Below, in pieces: positions 7,728 to 19,399 of a DNA stretch of 64,000 nt (the first letter of the stretch is position 1; every line of letters starts with the position of its first letter). The DNA is taken from IMG/VR virus record IMGVR_UViG_3300044695_003767, one strand, 5' to 3'. The DNA is from a virus. The position numbers and the translations under genes were made by a program. The notes beneath the pieces were generated by a model. The model was given only the letters and a program-made list of their open reading frames with translations. It made no database searches and had not been told where the DNA came from.

Positions 7728-9581
7728 ATGTCAACTCCGATCAGGATTAAACGCTCTGCTGTTCCTGGTAAAAGACCTACAGCAGATCAATTATTAAGTG
7801 CAGAACTAGCTTACAACACTTATGATGGTGAACTGGTTGCTAAGAGAGAGCGTCCTGGAATTGGCACAGACATTATTCGCATCGGTGCTGGTGCAACAGT
7901 TACAAATGTTATCTATGTCACAAAAGACGGAAGCGACACAAACACAGGACTCAAACTCGGAGACGCAAAAGGAACCATCGCAGGAGCAGTTGCAATCTCA
8001 ACAGCAGGTTCCGTTATTAGAGTTAGTGCTGGATCTTATGTAGAAAATAATCCAATTGCACTACCAAATCAAGTCAGTATTGTTGGTGATAGTTTAAGAG
8101 AGGTCTCCGTCACTCCACAGAATCAAGGAGACCTCTTTTATGTTGGGAATGGGAACTATATTGCTGAAATGGCATTTGTAGGATCTGCAAACACAGGTGC
8201 TATTTTTGCATTCAATCCTAACAAACCAGTTTATAACAATCAGTCACCTTATATTCAAAACTGCACTAACTTTATTCCAAACAGCATTGGAATGAAGATT
8301 GACGGTAAGCATTCGATTGGACCAACCAAGTCAATGGTTCTTGACTCTTATACTCAATACAATCAAGGTGGTATAGGAGTTTCAATTACCAACGAAGGAT
8401 ATGCTCAGTTGGTTTCACTCTTCACAATTTGCCCAGATACTGCAGTCTTTTGTGGAAGTGGTGCTGCTTGTGATCTTACAAACTCTAATGCTTCTTTTGG
8501 CAACTATGGTCTTGTAGCAGATGGTGTAGGACCAAGAAAGTATACGGGTATTGTAACAGTTGCGGCAGATGCAAATAGTGATAGATTTGTTTTAGATTTA
8601 AATACGACAACTTATAATGTATCAAATGCTGTTTATGATAACGTAAGTGGTGTTACGACAATCACTACTTCTGGTAATCATAACTTTTCTGTTGGAATGG
8701 GAGTCACGATTGCTGGACTTGGTTTTACTTGCCCATCTGGACCAGGAATTGTTACATACCCAAGTGGTAATTATGGTTATGTTTTTGAAATTCAATCGGT
8801 TCCTGCCGCAAATCAATTAGTAGTTAATGTTGGTACTTCAACTCTACCTCATACATATGTTTCTGGTGGAGCAGTAGCAATTAATGTTGTAAGACCTTTC
8901 GATGGGCAGGTTGTTTATTTTGATAACTTATATTATACGGTGAATAAAATTAGAGTGAGTGATGGTGGATCTGGATATGATTCGAGTCCAGTTGTTACAA
9001 TTTCTGCACCTTCAAGTTCTTGGGGAGTTCAGGCAACAGCAGTCGCAGAAGTGACGAATGGAAATGTGACTGCAATTGAGATTGTTTCAAGTGGAAGAGG
9101 TTATACAACGGCACCAACAATTACAATTGCTGGTCCCAATGTTGGGATAAATACAGCAACAGCAACTTTAGAATTACTACCTACTTATTATTCTATTCTA
9201 AGTTCAACTCCAGTTTCTGCTGGTATTTGTACAATTACCGTAAGTGATAATGTTCCTTATGCAGTTGGTGTTGGTTCGACTGTTCCATTCTTTAAGCAAA
9301 GCAGAGTATTAGCATCTGGACATTCTTTTGAATATATTGGTTCTGGTACAAATATTAATGGTGCTCTTCCAGCACAAGGTGGTGTTCCAATTCAAGATAA
9401 TGAGGTTGATATGAGAAATGGTGGTCTAGTTGTTTATACCAGTACCGATCAATCTGGAAATTTCAGAATTGGTGAGGGTGTTGCAATTAACCAATTGACA
9501 GGAACTATTTCTGGTCGTTTTTATTCGAAGAGTTTGTTCTCTACAATGACACCATTTATTCTAGCATTAGGAGGAGAATAA
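7728..9581 (+). CDS. virion structural / tail-fibre-associated protein
   Basis: IRIKRS...ELAYN fibre-type N-terminus, NVIYVTKDGSD beta-helix-like start, GGSGY/GRGY repeats, YTSTDQSGNFRIG. Confidence 0.75.
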   Translation: MSTPIRIKRSAVPGKRPTADQLLSAELAYNTYDGELVAKRERPGIGTDIIRIGAGATVTNVIYVTKDGSDTNTGLKLGDAKGTIAGAVAISTAGSVIRVSAGSYVENNPIALPNQVSIVGDSLREVSVTPQNQGDLFYVGNGNYIAEMAFVGSANTGAIFAFNPNKPVYNNQSPYIQNCTNFIPNSIGMKIDGKHSIGPTKSMVLDSYTQYNQGGIGVSITNEGYAQLVSLFTICPDTAVFCGSGAACDLTNSNASFGNYGLVADGVGPRKYTGIVTVAADANSDRFVLDLNTTTYNVSNAVYDNVSGVTTITTSGNHNFSVGMGVTIAGLGFTCPSGPGIVTYPSGNYGYVFEIQSVPAANQLVVNVGTSTLPHTYVSGGAVAINVVRPFDGQVVYFDNLYYTVNKIRVSDGGSGYDSSPVVTISAPSSSWGVQATAVAEVTNGNVTAIEIVSSGRGYTTAPTITIAGPNVGINTATATLELLPTYYSILSSTPVSAGICTITVSDNVPYAVGVGSTVPFFKQSRVLASGHSFEYIGSGTNINGALPAQGGVPIQDNEVDMRNGGLVVYTSTDQSGNFRIGEGVAINQLTGTISGRFYSKSLFSTMTPFILALGGE

Positions 9582-9585
9582 AAGA

Positions 9586-9927
9586 ATGGCATTACCATTA
9601 AATGTATTTAAAACAGTTACAAAAGTTGCAACAACAAATCCAGTAGGAATTTATACGGCACCGGTTGGATATACAGGGGTTGTTCTTTTAGCACAGGCAG
9701 CAAATGTTGGTGGTGGAACTCAAACAGTTTCTTTTTCACATCAAAGAACAACTGCTGGAATTGCAGTTACTACAGAAATATTAAAGAGTTTTCCAATTTC
9801 TTCAAGTGATACTGCAAATCTTCTTGTAGGAAAACTTGTTCTTGAATCTGGTGATGTTCTTGTTTTGTCCGCAAGTAATGGAACTGATGTTAAATTTCTT
9901 GGCAGCATCTTAGAAACACTTAACTAA
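9586..9927 (+). CDS. small virion protein (beta-sandwich adaptor-like)
   Basis: 113 aa, IYTAP...GKLVLESGD...SILETLN; lies between fibre genes. Confidence 0.65.
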   Translation: MALPLNVFKTVTKVATTNPVGIYTAPVGYTGVVLLAQAANVGGGTQTVSFSHQRTTAGIAVTTEILKSFPISSSDTANLLVGKLVLESGDVLVLSASNGTDVKFLGSILETLN

Positions 9928-9942
9928 TAAAGTATCAATCAA

Positions 9943-12900
9943 ATGGCAAAGTACACCAGTGGTAGACAGAAGAATCTAAAAGTTGGTATCGTATCATATA
10001 GTGAAAATCTTACTTCACTTGAGGTAGTTGGTAAGGTTGGTATTGGTACAACTAATGCTGGTGGGGGAAGTTTATATGTTGTTGGTGATAGTTATATAAC
10101 TGGAATTTTAACTGCAAATAGAATTTTTAGTAATGTTTATGGTGAGGCAATTGGTGGTAATACTATTGTAGGTACTTCATTAAGTATTTCTGGTATAAGC
10201 ACTCTTGGAGTCACTAGTGCTACTAACCTAACAGCACAACAACTTAATGTTTCTGGTATTAGTACTTTAGGTGTTACTAGTGCTACTAACCTAACAGCAC
10301 AACAACTTAATGTTTCTGGTATTACAACGACCAACAACCTGAATGTAACTGGTGTTGGAACCTTCTTATCTGGAAATTTAAATATAAGAAACCCAGCAAA
10401 TACTTTTGGTTATACGATTGCTGGTGGTGCAATTACTGCTGATAGAATTCTTACATTACCAGTCGTCACATCAAATACTGGTATTGCAGTAACTGGTTTA
10501 AACCAAACATTCACTGGAACTCAAACATTTTCGGGTCTTACTGTAACTGGTACATTTAACCATACTGGAGGAACTGGAACTCTTGCTAATAATGGGGCCG
10601 CAGCAGCAACAGCAAATATTGCTACTGGAGCACTTGCATCTGGAATATCAAAAACAATCAACTTTGGTACTGGTGGTGCTTCTGGTTCCTTTACTCAAAT
10701 CAATATTGGACCAATTTCTGGTGTTGGTACTGTTTTAGTTAATACTGGAACCAATTTGGGTATTGGTTCTGCAACACCAACATCAAAACTTGATGTAGTT
10801 GGTGATGCAAGAGTTTCTGGTATCGTTACAGCAACTACTTTTGTTGGTGCTCTAACTGGAATAGCAGCATCTGCAACTCAACTTGTAACACCAAGAACTT
10901 TTGAAATCACTGGTGACGTTGTTGCTTCCGCCATTAGTTTTGATGGAACTGGTAGTGTATCATTAGCAGCTACCATTCAACCTAATAGTGTTGGTTTAGG
11001 AACTGATACTACTGGAGATTATGTTCAGACAGTTTCCGGAACCTCTAATCAAATCACCGTAACTGGTGGAACAGGTGAAAGTTCAACACCAACATTAAGT
11101 CTTCCCACAAACTTAATTGCTCCTGAAGATTTAACGGTTACAAGAGATCTTCAAGTTAATCGTAATTTAAATGTAAATGGAAATATTACGATTGGTGGAT
11201 CAACAGCGTTTGTCAATGTTCAAGAATTAGTTGTTACTGACCCTGATATTATTCTTGGATATAGAACTGATGCATTTGGTAATGATGTTTCTAACGATAA
11301 TACTGCGAATCATGGTGGTGTTGCTCTTGCTTCAACAGAAGGAAATCCATTAGTTAATCTTGTTGTTGCTGGTATTGAAACAGCACCTGCCACATATAAG
11401 AAAATTATGTGGTTTAAGGAAGGCACCTTTGCCGGACTTGGTACTGATGCTTGGTTAATTAACTATGCGGTTGGCATTGGATCAACACAGTTCCCTAATG
11501 GAACAAGACTTGCTGCTGGTAATGTTCAATTTACTCAAAATGATTTAGCAGTTGTAAGAAACATTAATGCGAGTGGTGTTGGTACTATTGCAAGACTGAA
11601 TAGTACCAATGCCACTTTAACAAATATTAATTCAACTGGTGTCTCAACACTTGGAATTACTACATTCACAGGTGCCGTAAGTTTTGGAACTTCTGCTTAC
11701 TTTGGTGATGGTAATAGATTATATTTTGGAAACACTCCATCTTTGGATATTTATCATTCATCTGGTGAATCTTACATTAGGGATATTGGTGCTGGTAATT
11801 TAAGATTAGAAACTAATGGTGCTGCAGTTGTTATTGCGACCACTTCAGGTGAATCTATGGGTTCGTTCATAAGGAATGGATCAGTAGAACTCTATTACGA
11901 CAATGTAAAAGAATTTGAAACCACTGGATATGGTGCAACGGTCTTTGGTATTCTTCAATCACAAGGACTTCAAGTTTCTGGTGTTTCAACATTAGGTATT
12001 ACAACTACTACTAATCTAACAACCCAAAACATTAATAACTCTGGTGTTACAACTACCAACTCTTTGAACATTGGTGCTACACAAGTCATTAGTTCTTCAA
12101 GAGAACTTCAAAATATTATTTCACTTGATGCCACAACAACATCGACAATTGAAGCAGCAATTGCTAATGGACCTAATACTTTTACTGATTTAAGTGTTAC
12201 TGGTGTTTCAACACTTGGAGTTACCAGTGCTACTAATTTAACAGCACAAACTTTAAATGTTTCTGGTGTTTCTACACTTGGAATAACTACATTTACTGAT
12301 TCTGTAAATTTTGGTTCTAATGCATTTTTTGGTGATAATGATAATTTAAATTTTGGTGATGGTAATGATTTACAAATTTACCACAATGGGGATAATAGTT
12401 ATATTGATGATGTTGGAACAGGTAATTTATACATAAGATCTAATCAAACTGAAATACAAAAATATACTGGAGAAACAATAGCCCAATTCATAGCAGATGG
12501 TGCAGTAGGACTTTATTATGATAATGTAAAAGAATTTGAAACTACTGGGTATGGTGCTACTGTTTATGGAGTTTTACAATCTCAGGGACTTCAAGTTTCT
12601 GGTATCTCAACACTTGGAGTTACATCAACCACTAACTTAATAACACAACAACTGAATGTATCTGGTGTTGGAACCTTCCAATCTTCTGGATTAAAGATAG
12701 TTGGACAATCAACTTCTTTCCAATATTCCATTGTTGGTTCTGCGATTGCTGCAAACAGAAACCTTACATTACCTTTAATTACTAGTGATGATACTGTTGC
12801 GGTTCTTGGTACATCTCAATCATTTACTGCAGCACAAACATTCTCTGCAGGAATAACTGCCACTTCTACTCTTACATTAAGTGGTTCAACTACAGGAACT

Positions 12901-15759
12901 CATGTATTTGGTAGCAACCAGACATCAGGAACTATAACATTAGGTGGAACTGGTGGTACTGGTACAATTACTTTTGGTCGTTCTACTGCTTCCCAGACTA
13001 CTAACATTCAATCAGGTGCATCTGGTGTAGGAACAACCAAGACAATCAACTTTGGTACTGGTGGTGCTTCTGGTTCCTTTACTCAAATAAATATTGGACC
13101 AACTGCTGGAGTTGGTACTGTTGTTATTAACTCAGGAACTAGACTTGGTATTGGATCTGCAATTCCAACAGCAGCACTTGATATTGCAGGAGACGCAAGA
13201 GTTTCTGGTGTTACAACTACCAACTCTCTGAACATTGGTGCTACTCAAGTCATTAGTTCTGCAAGACAACTTCAGAACATTTCTTCACTTGATGCTACAA
13301 CAACGGCAACAATTGAATCTGCAATTGCTAATGCTCCTAATACCTTTACAGACCTTCGAGTAACTGGAATCTCAACCTTTACTAATGGACCTGTATTAAT
13401 AGGAACCGCAACAACAACAGGCACTGCATCACAACCACTTCAAGTAACTGGTGGTGCTTATATTTCTGGTAATACCGGTATAGGAACCACAACACCAACA
13501 TCAACACTTACAGTTCAGGGTGATGCAAGAGTTTCTGGTGTTACAACTACCAACTCTCTGAACATTGGTGCTACTCAAGTTATTAGTTCAGCAAGACAAC
13601 TTCAGAATATTGCTTCACTTGATGCTACGACAACGGCAACAATTGAATCTGCAATCGCTAATGCTCCTAATACTTTTGCCGATCTAAATGTTACAGGCAT
13701 CACTACTCTTGGAATCACTAGTGCCACTAACTTAACAGCACAACAACTGAATGTTTCTGGTGTTTCGACAATATCAGTCAATAGTTCTATTGACGCATTA
13801 AGAATTACTCAACTTGGAACTGGAAATGCTCTGGTAGTTGAAGATTCTACAAATCCTGATGTAACTCCTTTTGTTGTAACTAGCTCTGGTTCTGTTGGCA
13901 TTGGAACTACAGATCCAACTGATAAGTTAGAGGTGGTTGGTAGGGTTAAAATTGGTGCAGTTGGACTAAACAACGCATTTAATATAAGAAGACCAACTGA
14001 TGGTGCAGATGGGATAACAATTGGATTTGCTGCGACTGATAGTAGTAGTGAGGCAAGTTTTAAACACGGTAGTGGAAGTGGTTATTATACTATTCAGTTA
14101 AATGGAACTGGTGGAGAACAAGGTAATGGATTTAATGAGAAGTTTAGATTTACAAGTGCCGCACGACTGGGTATTGGTAAATCAAATCCTTCTGCTGAAC
14201 TTGATGTTTTTGGTGGTGCTAATTTTACCAACAGAGTATTAATAGGTTCTGCAACCTCTACTGGAACTGCATCACAAGCACTTCAAGTTACTGGTGGTGC
14301 TTATGTTTCTGGTAATCTTGGAGTTGGTGTTACAAATCCAGCATCAAATACACAAGTTGCAATTGCTGGAACATTAGGTATTAGTGAAGTCGGAGTTAAT
14401 GGAACCAGAACATTATTCACATCAAGTGGTGGTGGATTTGTATTAAATCATAACGATAATAGCAATATTAATATTCAATCACAAGGTTCAAATAGACTTG
14501 CTTATCAATTCTCAAATAATAGTTGGACTATTCCTGCTAATGGAACTGCATTGCTTATAGGAGCAGGTGCCACAACAGGAACAGCAAACCAATTACTTCG
14601 TGTAGAAGGTGGTGCTTATGTTTCTGGTAATCTTGGAGTAGGATCTACAAATCCAACATCAGCACTTACAGTTCAGGGTGATATAAGAGTTTCTGGTGTC
14701 ATAACTGCATCGCAGTTCATTAGATCTGGTGGAACCTCATCACAATTCCTTAAAGCTGATGGTTCTGTTGATTCCTCGACATATTTAACTGCAGAGTCTG
14801 ACACTTTAAATACCGTTACAAACAGAGGTAATAGTACTACTAATGGTATTTCCGTTGGAGTATTGACTGCAACTGGTATTCAAGGTATTGGAATTTATTC
14901 TGGGGGGAATCTAGTAACATCTGGTGTTATTACGGCACTGAATTTTGTTGGAACAGGTAATACGTTTGCAGTTGTTGGAAACAGAATTGATATCAGCATT
15001 TCTAGCAGTAATGCTACGAGTGGATATGCTTCAACTGCTGGTATAGCAACCTATGCAACATCAGCAGGTGTTTCAACAAATCTCAAGGGTGGTCTTGCTG
15101 GTAATATTCCTTATCAGTCTGCAGCAGATACCACAGTATTCTTAACAAACGGTGCTTCTGGAACAATACTTCAATCTAATGGAGTTGGTAATGCTCCTAC
15201 TTGGGTTCCTGCTGCTCCTGCTAATGCTATTACTGGATTGACAATAAGAGATGAAGGAACTCTTGTTGGAGGTGCAAACAGTGTTTCTCAATTAAACTTT
15301 GTTGGTAATATTGTTTCTGTTGCATCTACGGCAGGTATTGCTACAATTACATTTGTTTCACCTGGAGTTACAAGAAATGTAAGTACACACACAGCAACCG
15401 CAGGTCAAACATCATTCTCTGCAACTTATGAAGTTGGTTATGTTGATGTTTATCTTAATGGTGCTAAACTCAGTGGAACACAATATACTGCAACAAATGG
15501 AACAACAATTGAGTTAATTGAAAGTGCTTCATTAGATGATATTGTAGAAATTATTGGATTAAGTAATATTAATATTGTTGGACCTGGAGTTGGAATAGCA
15601 ACAGCAGGTGGAACTGTAGGAACTGGAGTAACTTTATTTGATTTCAGAGGATCAGGAATTTCTACAGTTGCAGTTACTTCAGGTGTAGCAACAATAAATA
15701 TAACAGGTGGAAGTTCTACTCCAGATATAAGTCCAGTAATGATGTCTATGATTTTCTAA
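9943..15759 (+). CDS. long modular tail fibre protein (1938 aa)
   Basis: Gly/Thr/Ser-rich; repeated LNVSGISTLG, GIGTTNP, FGDxxxLQIYH...LYYDNVKEFETTG and LQVTGGAYVSG modules. Confidence 0.85.
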   Translation: MAKYTSGRQKNLKVGIVSYSENLTSLEVVGKVGIGTTNAGGGSLYVVGDSYITGILTANRIFSNVYGEAIGGNTIVGTSLSISGISTLGVTSATNLTAQQLNVSGISTLGVTSATNLTAQQLNVSGITTTNNLNVTGVGTFLSGNLNIRNPANTFGYTIAGGAITADRILTLPVVTSNTGIAVTGLNQTFTGTQTFSGLTVTGTFNHTGGTGTLANNGAAAATANIATGALASGISKTINFGTGGASGSFTQINIGPISGVGTVLVNTGTNLGIGSATPTSKLDVVGDARVSGIVTATTFVGALTGIAASATQLVTPRTFEITGDVVASAISFDGTGSVSLAATIQPNSVGLGTDTTGDYVQTVSGTSNQITVTGGTGESSTPTLSLPTNLIAPEDLTVTRDLQVNRNLNVNGNITIGGSTAFVNVQELVVTDPDIILGYRTDAFGNDVSNDNTANHGGVALASTEGNPLVNLVVAGIETAPATYKKIMWFKEGTFAGLGTDAWLINYAVGIGSTQFPNGTRLAAGNVQFTQNDLAVVRNINASGVGTIARLNSTNATLTNINSTGVSTLGITTFTGAVSFGTSAYFGDGNRLYFGNTPSLDIYHSSGESYIRDIGAGNLRLETNGAAVVIATTSGESMGSFIRNGSVELYYDNVKEFETTGYGATVFGILQSQGLQVSGVSTLGITTTTNLTTQNINNSGVTTTNSLNIGATQVISSSRELQNIISLDATTTSTIEAAIANGPNTFTDLSVTGVSTLGVTSATNLTAQTLNVSGVSTLGITTFTDSVNFGSNAFFGDNDNLNFGDGNDLQIYHNGDNSYIDDVGTGNLYIRSNQTEIQKYTGETIAQFIADGAVGLYYDNVKEFETTGYGATVYGVLQSQGLQVSGISTLGVTSTTNLITQQLNVSGVGTFQSSGLKIVGQSTSFQYSIVGSAIAANRNLTLPLITSDDTVAVLGTSQSFTAAQTFSAGITATSTLTLSGSTTGTHVFGSNQTSGTITLGGTGGTGTITFGRSTASQTTNIQSGASGVGTTKTINFGTGGASGSFTQINIGPTAGVGTVVINSGTRLGIGSAIPTAALDIAGDARVSGVTTTNSLNIGATQVISSARQLQNISSLDATTTATIESAIANAPNTFTDLRVTGISTFTNGPVLIGTATTTGTASQPLQVTGGAYISGNTGIGTTTPTSTLTVQGDARVSGVTTTNSLNIGATQVISSARQLQNIASLDATTTATIESAIANAPNTFADLNVTGITTLGITSATNLTAQQLNVSGVSTISVNSSIDALRITQLGTGNALVVEDSTNPDVTPFVVTSSGSVGIGTTDPTDKLEVVGRVKIGAVGLNNAFNIRRPTDGADGITIGFAATDSSSEASFKHGSGSGYYTIQLNGTGGEQGNGFNEKFRFTSAARLGIGKSNPSAELDVFGGANFTNRVLIGSATSTGTASQALQVTGGAYVSGNLGVGVTNPASNTQVAIAGTLGISEVGVNGTRTLFTSSGGGFVLNHNDNSNINIQSQGSNRLAYQFSNNSWTIPANGTALLIGAGATTGTANQLLRVEGGAYVSGNLGVGSTNPTSALTVQGDIRVSGVITASQFIRSGGTSSQFLKADGSVDSSTYLTAESDTLNTVTNRGNSTTNGISVGVLTATGIQGIGIYSGGNLVTSGVITALNFVGTGNTFAVVGNRIDISISSSNATSGYASTAGIATYATSAGVSTNLKGGLAGNIPYQSAADTTVFLTNGASGTILQSNGVGNAPTWVPAAPANAITGLTIRDEGTLVGGANSVSQLNFVGNIVSVASTAGIATITFVSPGVTRNVSTHTATAGQTSFSATYEVGYVDVYLNGAKLSGTQYTATNGTTIELIESASLDDIVEIIGLSNINIVGPGVGIATAGGTVGTGVTLFDFRGSGISTVAVTSGVATINITGGSSTPDISPVMMSMIF

Positions 15760-15760
15760 A

Positions 15761-16123
15761 ATGGCAGCACCAAATCTTAAAAATCCAAATACAATCACCG
15801 GTATTACTTCAAGTGTAAGTATTAATACTGCATCAATTACTGGTATTCTCACTAATACTGCGAATAGTAATAAAGTCTTCAAAATTAATACTATTTTTGC
15901 CGCAAATGTAGGGACGACAACTGCTACTAATGTAAGTATCAGTGTTTTGAGAGGTGGAACTGATGTGTATCTTGCAAAATCAATATCAGTCCCTGTCGGA
16001 ACAACTCAAATAATATCAACGAAAGAGACATATTTTTATCTTGAAGAAAACGTTGGAATTAGGGGGCAGGCATCTTCTGCTAATACCATTGATGTGACAA
16101 TTTCTTATGAGGAGATTTCATAA
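15761..16123 (+). CDS. small virion protein (adaptor-like)
   Basis: MAAPNL...KINTIFAANV...ISVP...YLEEN...SYEEIS; coupled to the fibre and propeller genes. Confidence 0.65.
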   Translation: MAAPNLKNPNTITGITSSVSINTASITGILTNTANSNKVFKINTIFAANVGTTTATNVSISVLRGGTDVYLAKSISVPVGTTQIISTKETYFYLEENVGIRGQASSANTIDVTISYEEIS

Positions 16124-19100
16124 TGGTTAGAAAACTGATAGGAAATGCTAATCAAATATCAGGTATCTATGAACTTGATGATAGTGCTTCTTTATCCAAT
16201 AAATTAGATAATTTAAGTAGGTATGTTTATGATAACAAATCAACTCCTCTTATTCCGGGAAACATAGGTAATATTACTGATTTATACATTTCACCAGACG
16301 AAACAAAACTTTATGTAATAGATTCATCTGCTGATACAATTTATCAAAATTCTCTTTCTGATGGTTATATATTTTCAGATTATAATAATCTAAAATCATT
16401 TTTGTTGTCTGGTCAAGACGGATCACCACAAGGGGTCTATATTGGTGCTGCTGGAACGGCAATGTATATCGTTGGAAACACAAATGATACAATCTATCAG
16501 TACACCTTAAGTACTGCATATGATGTTTCTACGATATCTTATTCGGGCATATCATCACTTATATCGGCAAGAGAAACGAATCCAACAGATATAACTTTTA
16601 GTGATGATGGCACTAAGGTTTATGTTGTAGGTCAAACTGCTGCTGGCGCTGGATTGATTTCTTTGGGAGAATATGTTCATCAATTTAACTTAACCACTGC
16701 CTGGAATGTTGGTACTGCTGGATACTCTACAAGTTTTTATGTAAATCCCCAAACTTCTACAGCACCAAATGGTCTTACTATTGGTGCTGGTGGTACTGCA
16801 ATGTACGTGAATAACTCCACCACTGTGTACCAATATACCTTAGGAACTGCTTGGCAAGTCAATACTGCTTCTTATACGAATAAGTCTCTTCTTGTAAGTG
16901 GTCAAGACACAACCCAGTCATCAATTTATTTTAAAGATGATGGTACTAAGCTTTATACTGTAGGTGCAATTAATGACAACGTATATGAATATTCTCTAGG
17001 TATTCCGTGGGACATTAGTACCGCATCTTATGATACTGAGTTCTTTTATGTCGGTGCTCAGGATGCAACATCAACAGGACTTTATATTGCCCCCGATGGA
17101 AAAAACGTTTATGTTACGGGATCTACTAGCAGTAGAGTTAATCAATATCCTTTGAGAACTGCGTGGGATCTTAAAACGGTTGATGTTACACCATCTCTTT
17201 TTATAGGATTTTTGGAAGGTACTGCACAATCACTTTATTTCAAACCTGATGGCACTTCAGTTTATATTTTAGGATCCGTTGGAGATAGAATTTATCAAAT
17301 TCCATTAAATACTCCTTGGGACCTTAGAACTTCTGGAATATCATCTATAAGTGCCTATCCTGTTGCTGCTCAAGACATAACATCAGTAGGAGTTTACATT
17401 GGTGCTGCTGGAACTGCTATGTATATCGTTGGATCCACAAGTGACACGATTTATCAATATACCTTAGGAACTGCATATGATGTTTCTACAGCATCTTATT
17501 CTGGTATATCATCTGTTATATCTGCAAGAGAAACGGATCCAACAGATATAACTTTTAGTGATGATGGCACTAAGGTTTATGTTGTGGGTCAAACTGGTGT
17601 TGGTTTACCCGTTGCTTCAGGAGAATATGTTCACCAATTTAACTTAAGCACTGCCTGGAATGTTGGTACTGCAGGTTACTCAACAAGTTTTAATGTCAGT
17701 CAAGAATCAGCACCAACAGGAGTTTATATTGGTGCTGCGGGCACAGCAATGTATGTAGTTGGAACCGCAAATGATACAGTATATCAATACACATTGGGGA
17801 CTGCCTGGCAAGTCAATACTGCTTCTTATACAAATGTAAGTTTTTCTATAAATACTCAAGATGCTGGCCCACAATCAATTTATTTTAAAGATGATGGGAC
17901 CAAGATGTATATGTTGGGATCTACCAATGATGCCATACATCAATATTCTCTAAGCACTGCTTGGAATGTTAGCACTGCATCTTATGAGAATAAGAGTCTT
18001 TATGTTGGAGCACACGAAGGAACATCAAATGGACTTTATTTCAGTCCTGATGGTACAAGTATTTATATAGTTGGATCTGGCAATGATAGGGTTGTTAGAT
18101 ATCCACTTTCTACTGCTTGGGATATTTCTACTTGGGTTCAATCGTTTTATGTTGGAACTCAAGAAACAGTACCAAATGCAATTTACTTTAAACCTGATGG
18201 AACTATAGTTTATATATTGGGAACTTCTCAAGATACAATTTTTCAATATTCTTTAACCACACCTTGGGATCTTACTACAGCATCTTATACTAACAAGAGT
18301 TTTTCTATCACACTTTTTGAGGTAACACCAACAGGTCTTCATTTTAGCAGTGATGGAACTAGAGTTTATGTTGTGGGTAATACTAATGATAGAGTTCATT
18401 TATTTAAATTAGCAACTGCGTGGGATATTAGTACTGCATTTAATCCTTACAATATTAAGAGTTTTTCTGTTAATTCTCAAGACACTTCACCACAAGGGGT
18501 CTATATTGGTGCTGATGGCACGGCAATGTACATAATGGGAGATACTAATAATACAATCTATCAGTACACCTTAGGTACTGCATATGATGTTTCTACAGCA
18601 TCTTATTCGGGAATATCTTCTAATATAACCACAAGAGAAACTGTTCCACAAGATCTAACTTTTAGTGATGATGGCACTAAGGTTTATGTTGTAGGTCAAG
18701 CTGCTGCTGGCGCTGGACTAATTGCGGGTGCCGAATATGTTCATCAATTTAATTTAACCACTGCCTGGAATGTTGGTACTGCTGGATACTCTACAAGTTT
18801 TTATGTGACTACTCAAACTAGTTCAACACCAGCTGGTCTTACTATTGGTGCTGGTGGTACTGCAATGTATGTCAATAATAGCTCTAACGTTTATCAATAT
18901 ACCTTAGGAACTGCTTGGGAAGTCAATACTTCTTCTTATACAAGTAAGACTTTTGTTATAAGTACTCAAGATGCTGGCCCACAATCAATTTATTTTAAAG
19001 ATAATGGAACCAAGATGTATATGTTGGGATCTATCAATGATGCTATATATCAATATTCTCTAAGTACTCCGTGGGACATTAGTACCACATCTTCTGATAC

Positions 19101-19368
19101 TAAATTATTTAATGTCGGAGGTCAAGAGACAAATGCAAATGGACTTTATTTCAAACCCGATGGCAAAACTGTTTATATAGTTGGATCTACTGGTGATGCT
19201 GTGGTTTCTTATGACTTAGATATTCCTTGGGAGATATCATCTTTTAGTAAGTCTTTGAATGTTGCTACACAAGAGGTTGGTTCTACAGGAGTTAGGTTAA
19301 CTGAGGATCTATCAAAATTATACATTGTTGGATCTGCAAGATTGAATTCTTATGATTTTCTTACTTAA
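16123..19368 (+). CDS. multi-beta-propeller protein (~20 blades), putative receptor-binding protein
   Basis: ~52-aa repeats of the form PxGxxFxxDGTKxYVxG...YQYxLxTAWDISTASY. Confidence 0.8.
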   Translation: MVRKLIGNANQISGIYELDDSASLSNKLDNLSRYVYDNKSTPLIPGNIGNITDLYISPDETKLYVIDSSADTIYQNSLSDGYIFSDYNNLKSFLLSGQDGSPQGVYIGAAGTAMYIVGNTNDTIYQYTLSTAYDVSTISYSGISSLISARETNPTDITFSDDGTKVYVVGQTAAGAGLISLGEYVHQFNLTTAWNVGTAGYSTSFYVNPQTSTAPNGLTIGAGGTAMYVNNSTTVYQYTLGTAWQVNTASYTNKSLLVSGQDTTQSSIYFKDDGTKLYTVGAINDNVYEYSLGIPWDISTASYDTEFFYVGAQDATSTGLYIAPDGKNVYVTGSTSSRVNQYPLRTAWDLKTVDVTPSLFIGFLEGTAQSLYFKPDGTSVYILGSVGDRIYQIPLNTPWDLRTSGISSISAYPVAAQDITSVGVYIGAAGTAMYIVGSTSDTIYQYTLGTAYDVSTASYSGISSVISARETDPTDITFSDDGTKVYVVGQTGVGLPVASGEYVHQFNLSTAWNVGTAGYSTSFNVSQESAPTGVYIGAAGTAMYVVGTANDTVYQYTLGTAWQVNTASYTNVSFSINTQDAGPQSIYFKDDGTKMYMLGSTNDAIHQYSLSTAWNVSTASYENKSLYVGAHEGTSNGLYFSPDGTSIYIVGSGNDRVVRYPLSTAWDISTWVQSFYVGTQETVPNAIYFKPDGTIVYILGTSQDTIFQYSLTTPWDLTTASYTNKSFSITLFEVTPTGLHFSSDGTRVYVVGNTNDRVHLFKLATAWDISTAFNPYNIKSFSVNSQDTSPQGVYIGADGTAMYIMGDTNNTIYQYTLGTAYDVSTASYSGISSNITTRETVPQDLTFSDDGTKVYVVGQAAAGAGLIAGAEYVHQFNLTTAWNVGTAGYSTSFYVTTQTSSTPAGLTIGAGGTAMYVNNSSNVYQYTLGTAWEVNTSSYTSKTFVISTQDAGPQSIYFKDNGTKMYMLGSINDAIYQYSLSTPWDISTTSSDTKLFNVGGQETNANGLYFKPDGKTVYIVGSTGDAVVSYDLDIPWEISSFSKSLNVATQEVGSTGVRLTEDLSKLYIVGSARLNSYDFLT

Positions 19369-19399
19369 TCGTAATCAAATAAATATTTAAAAAATACCA

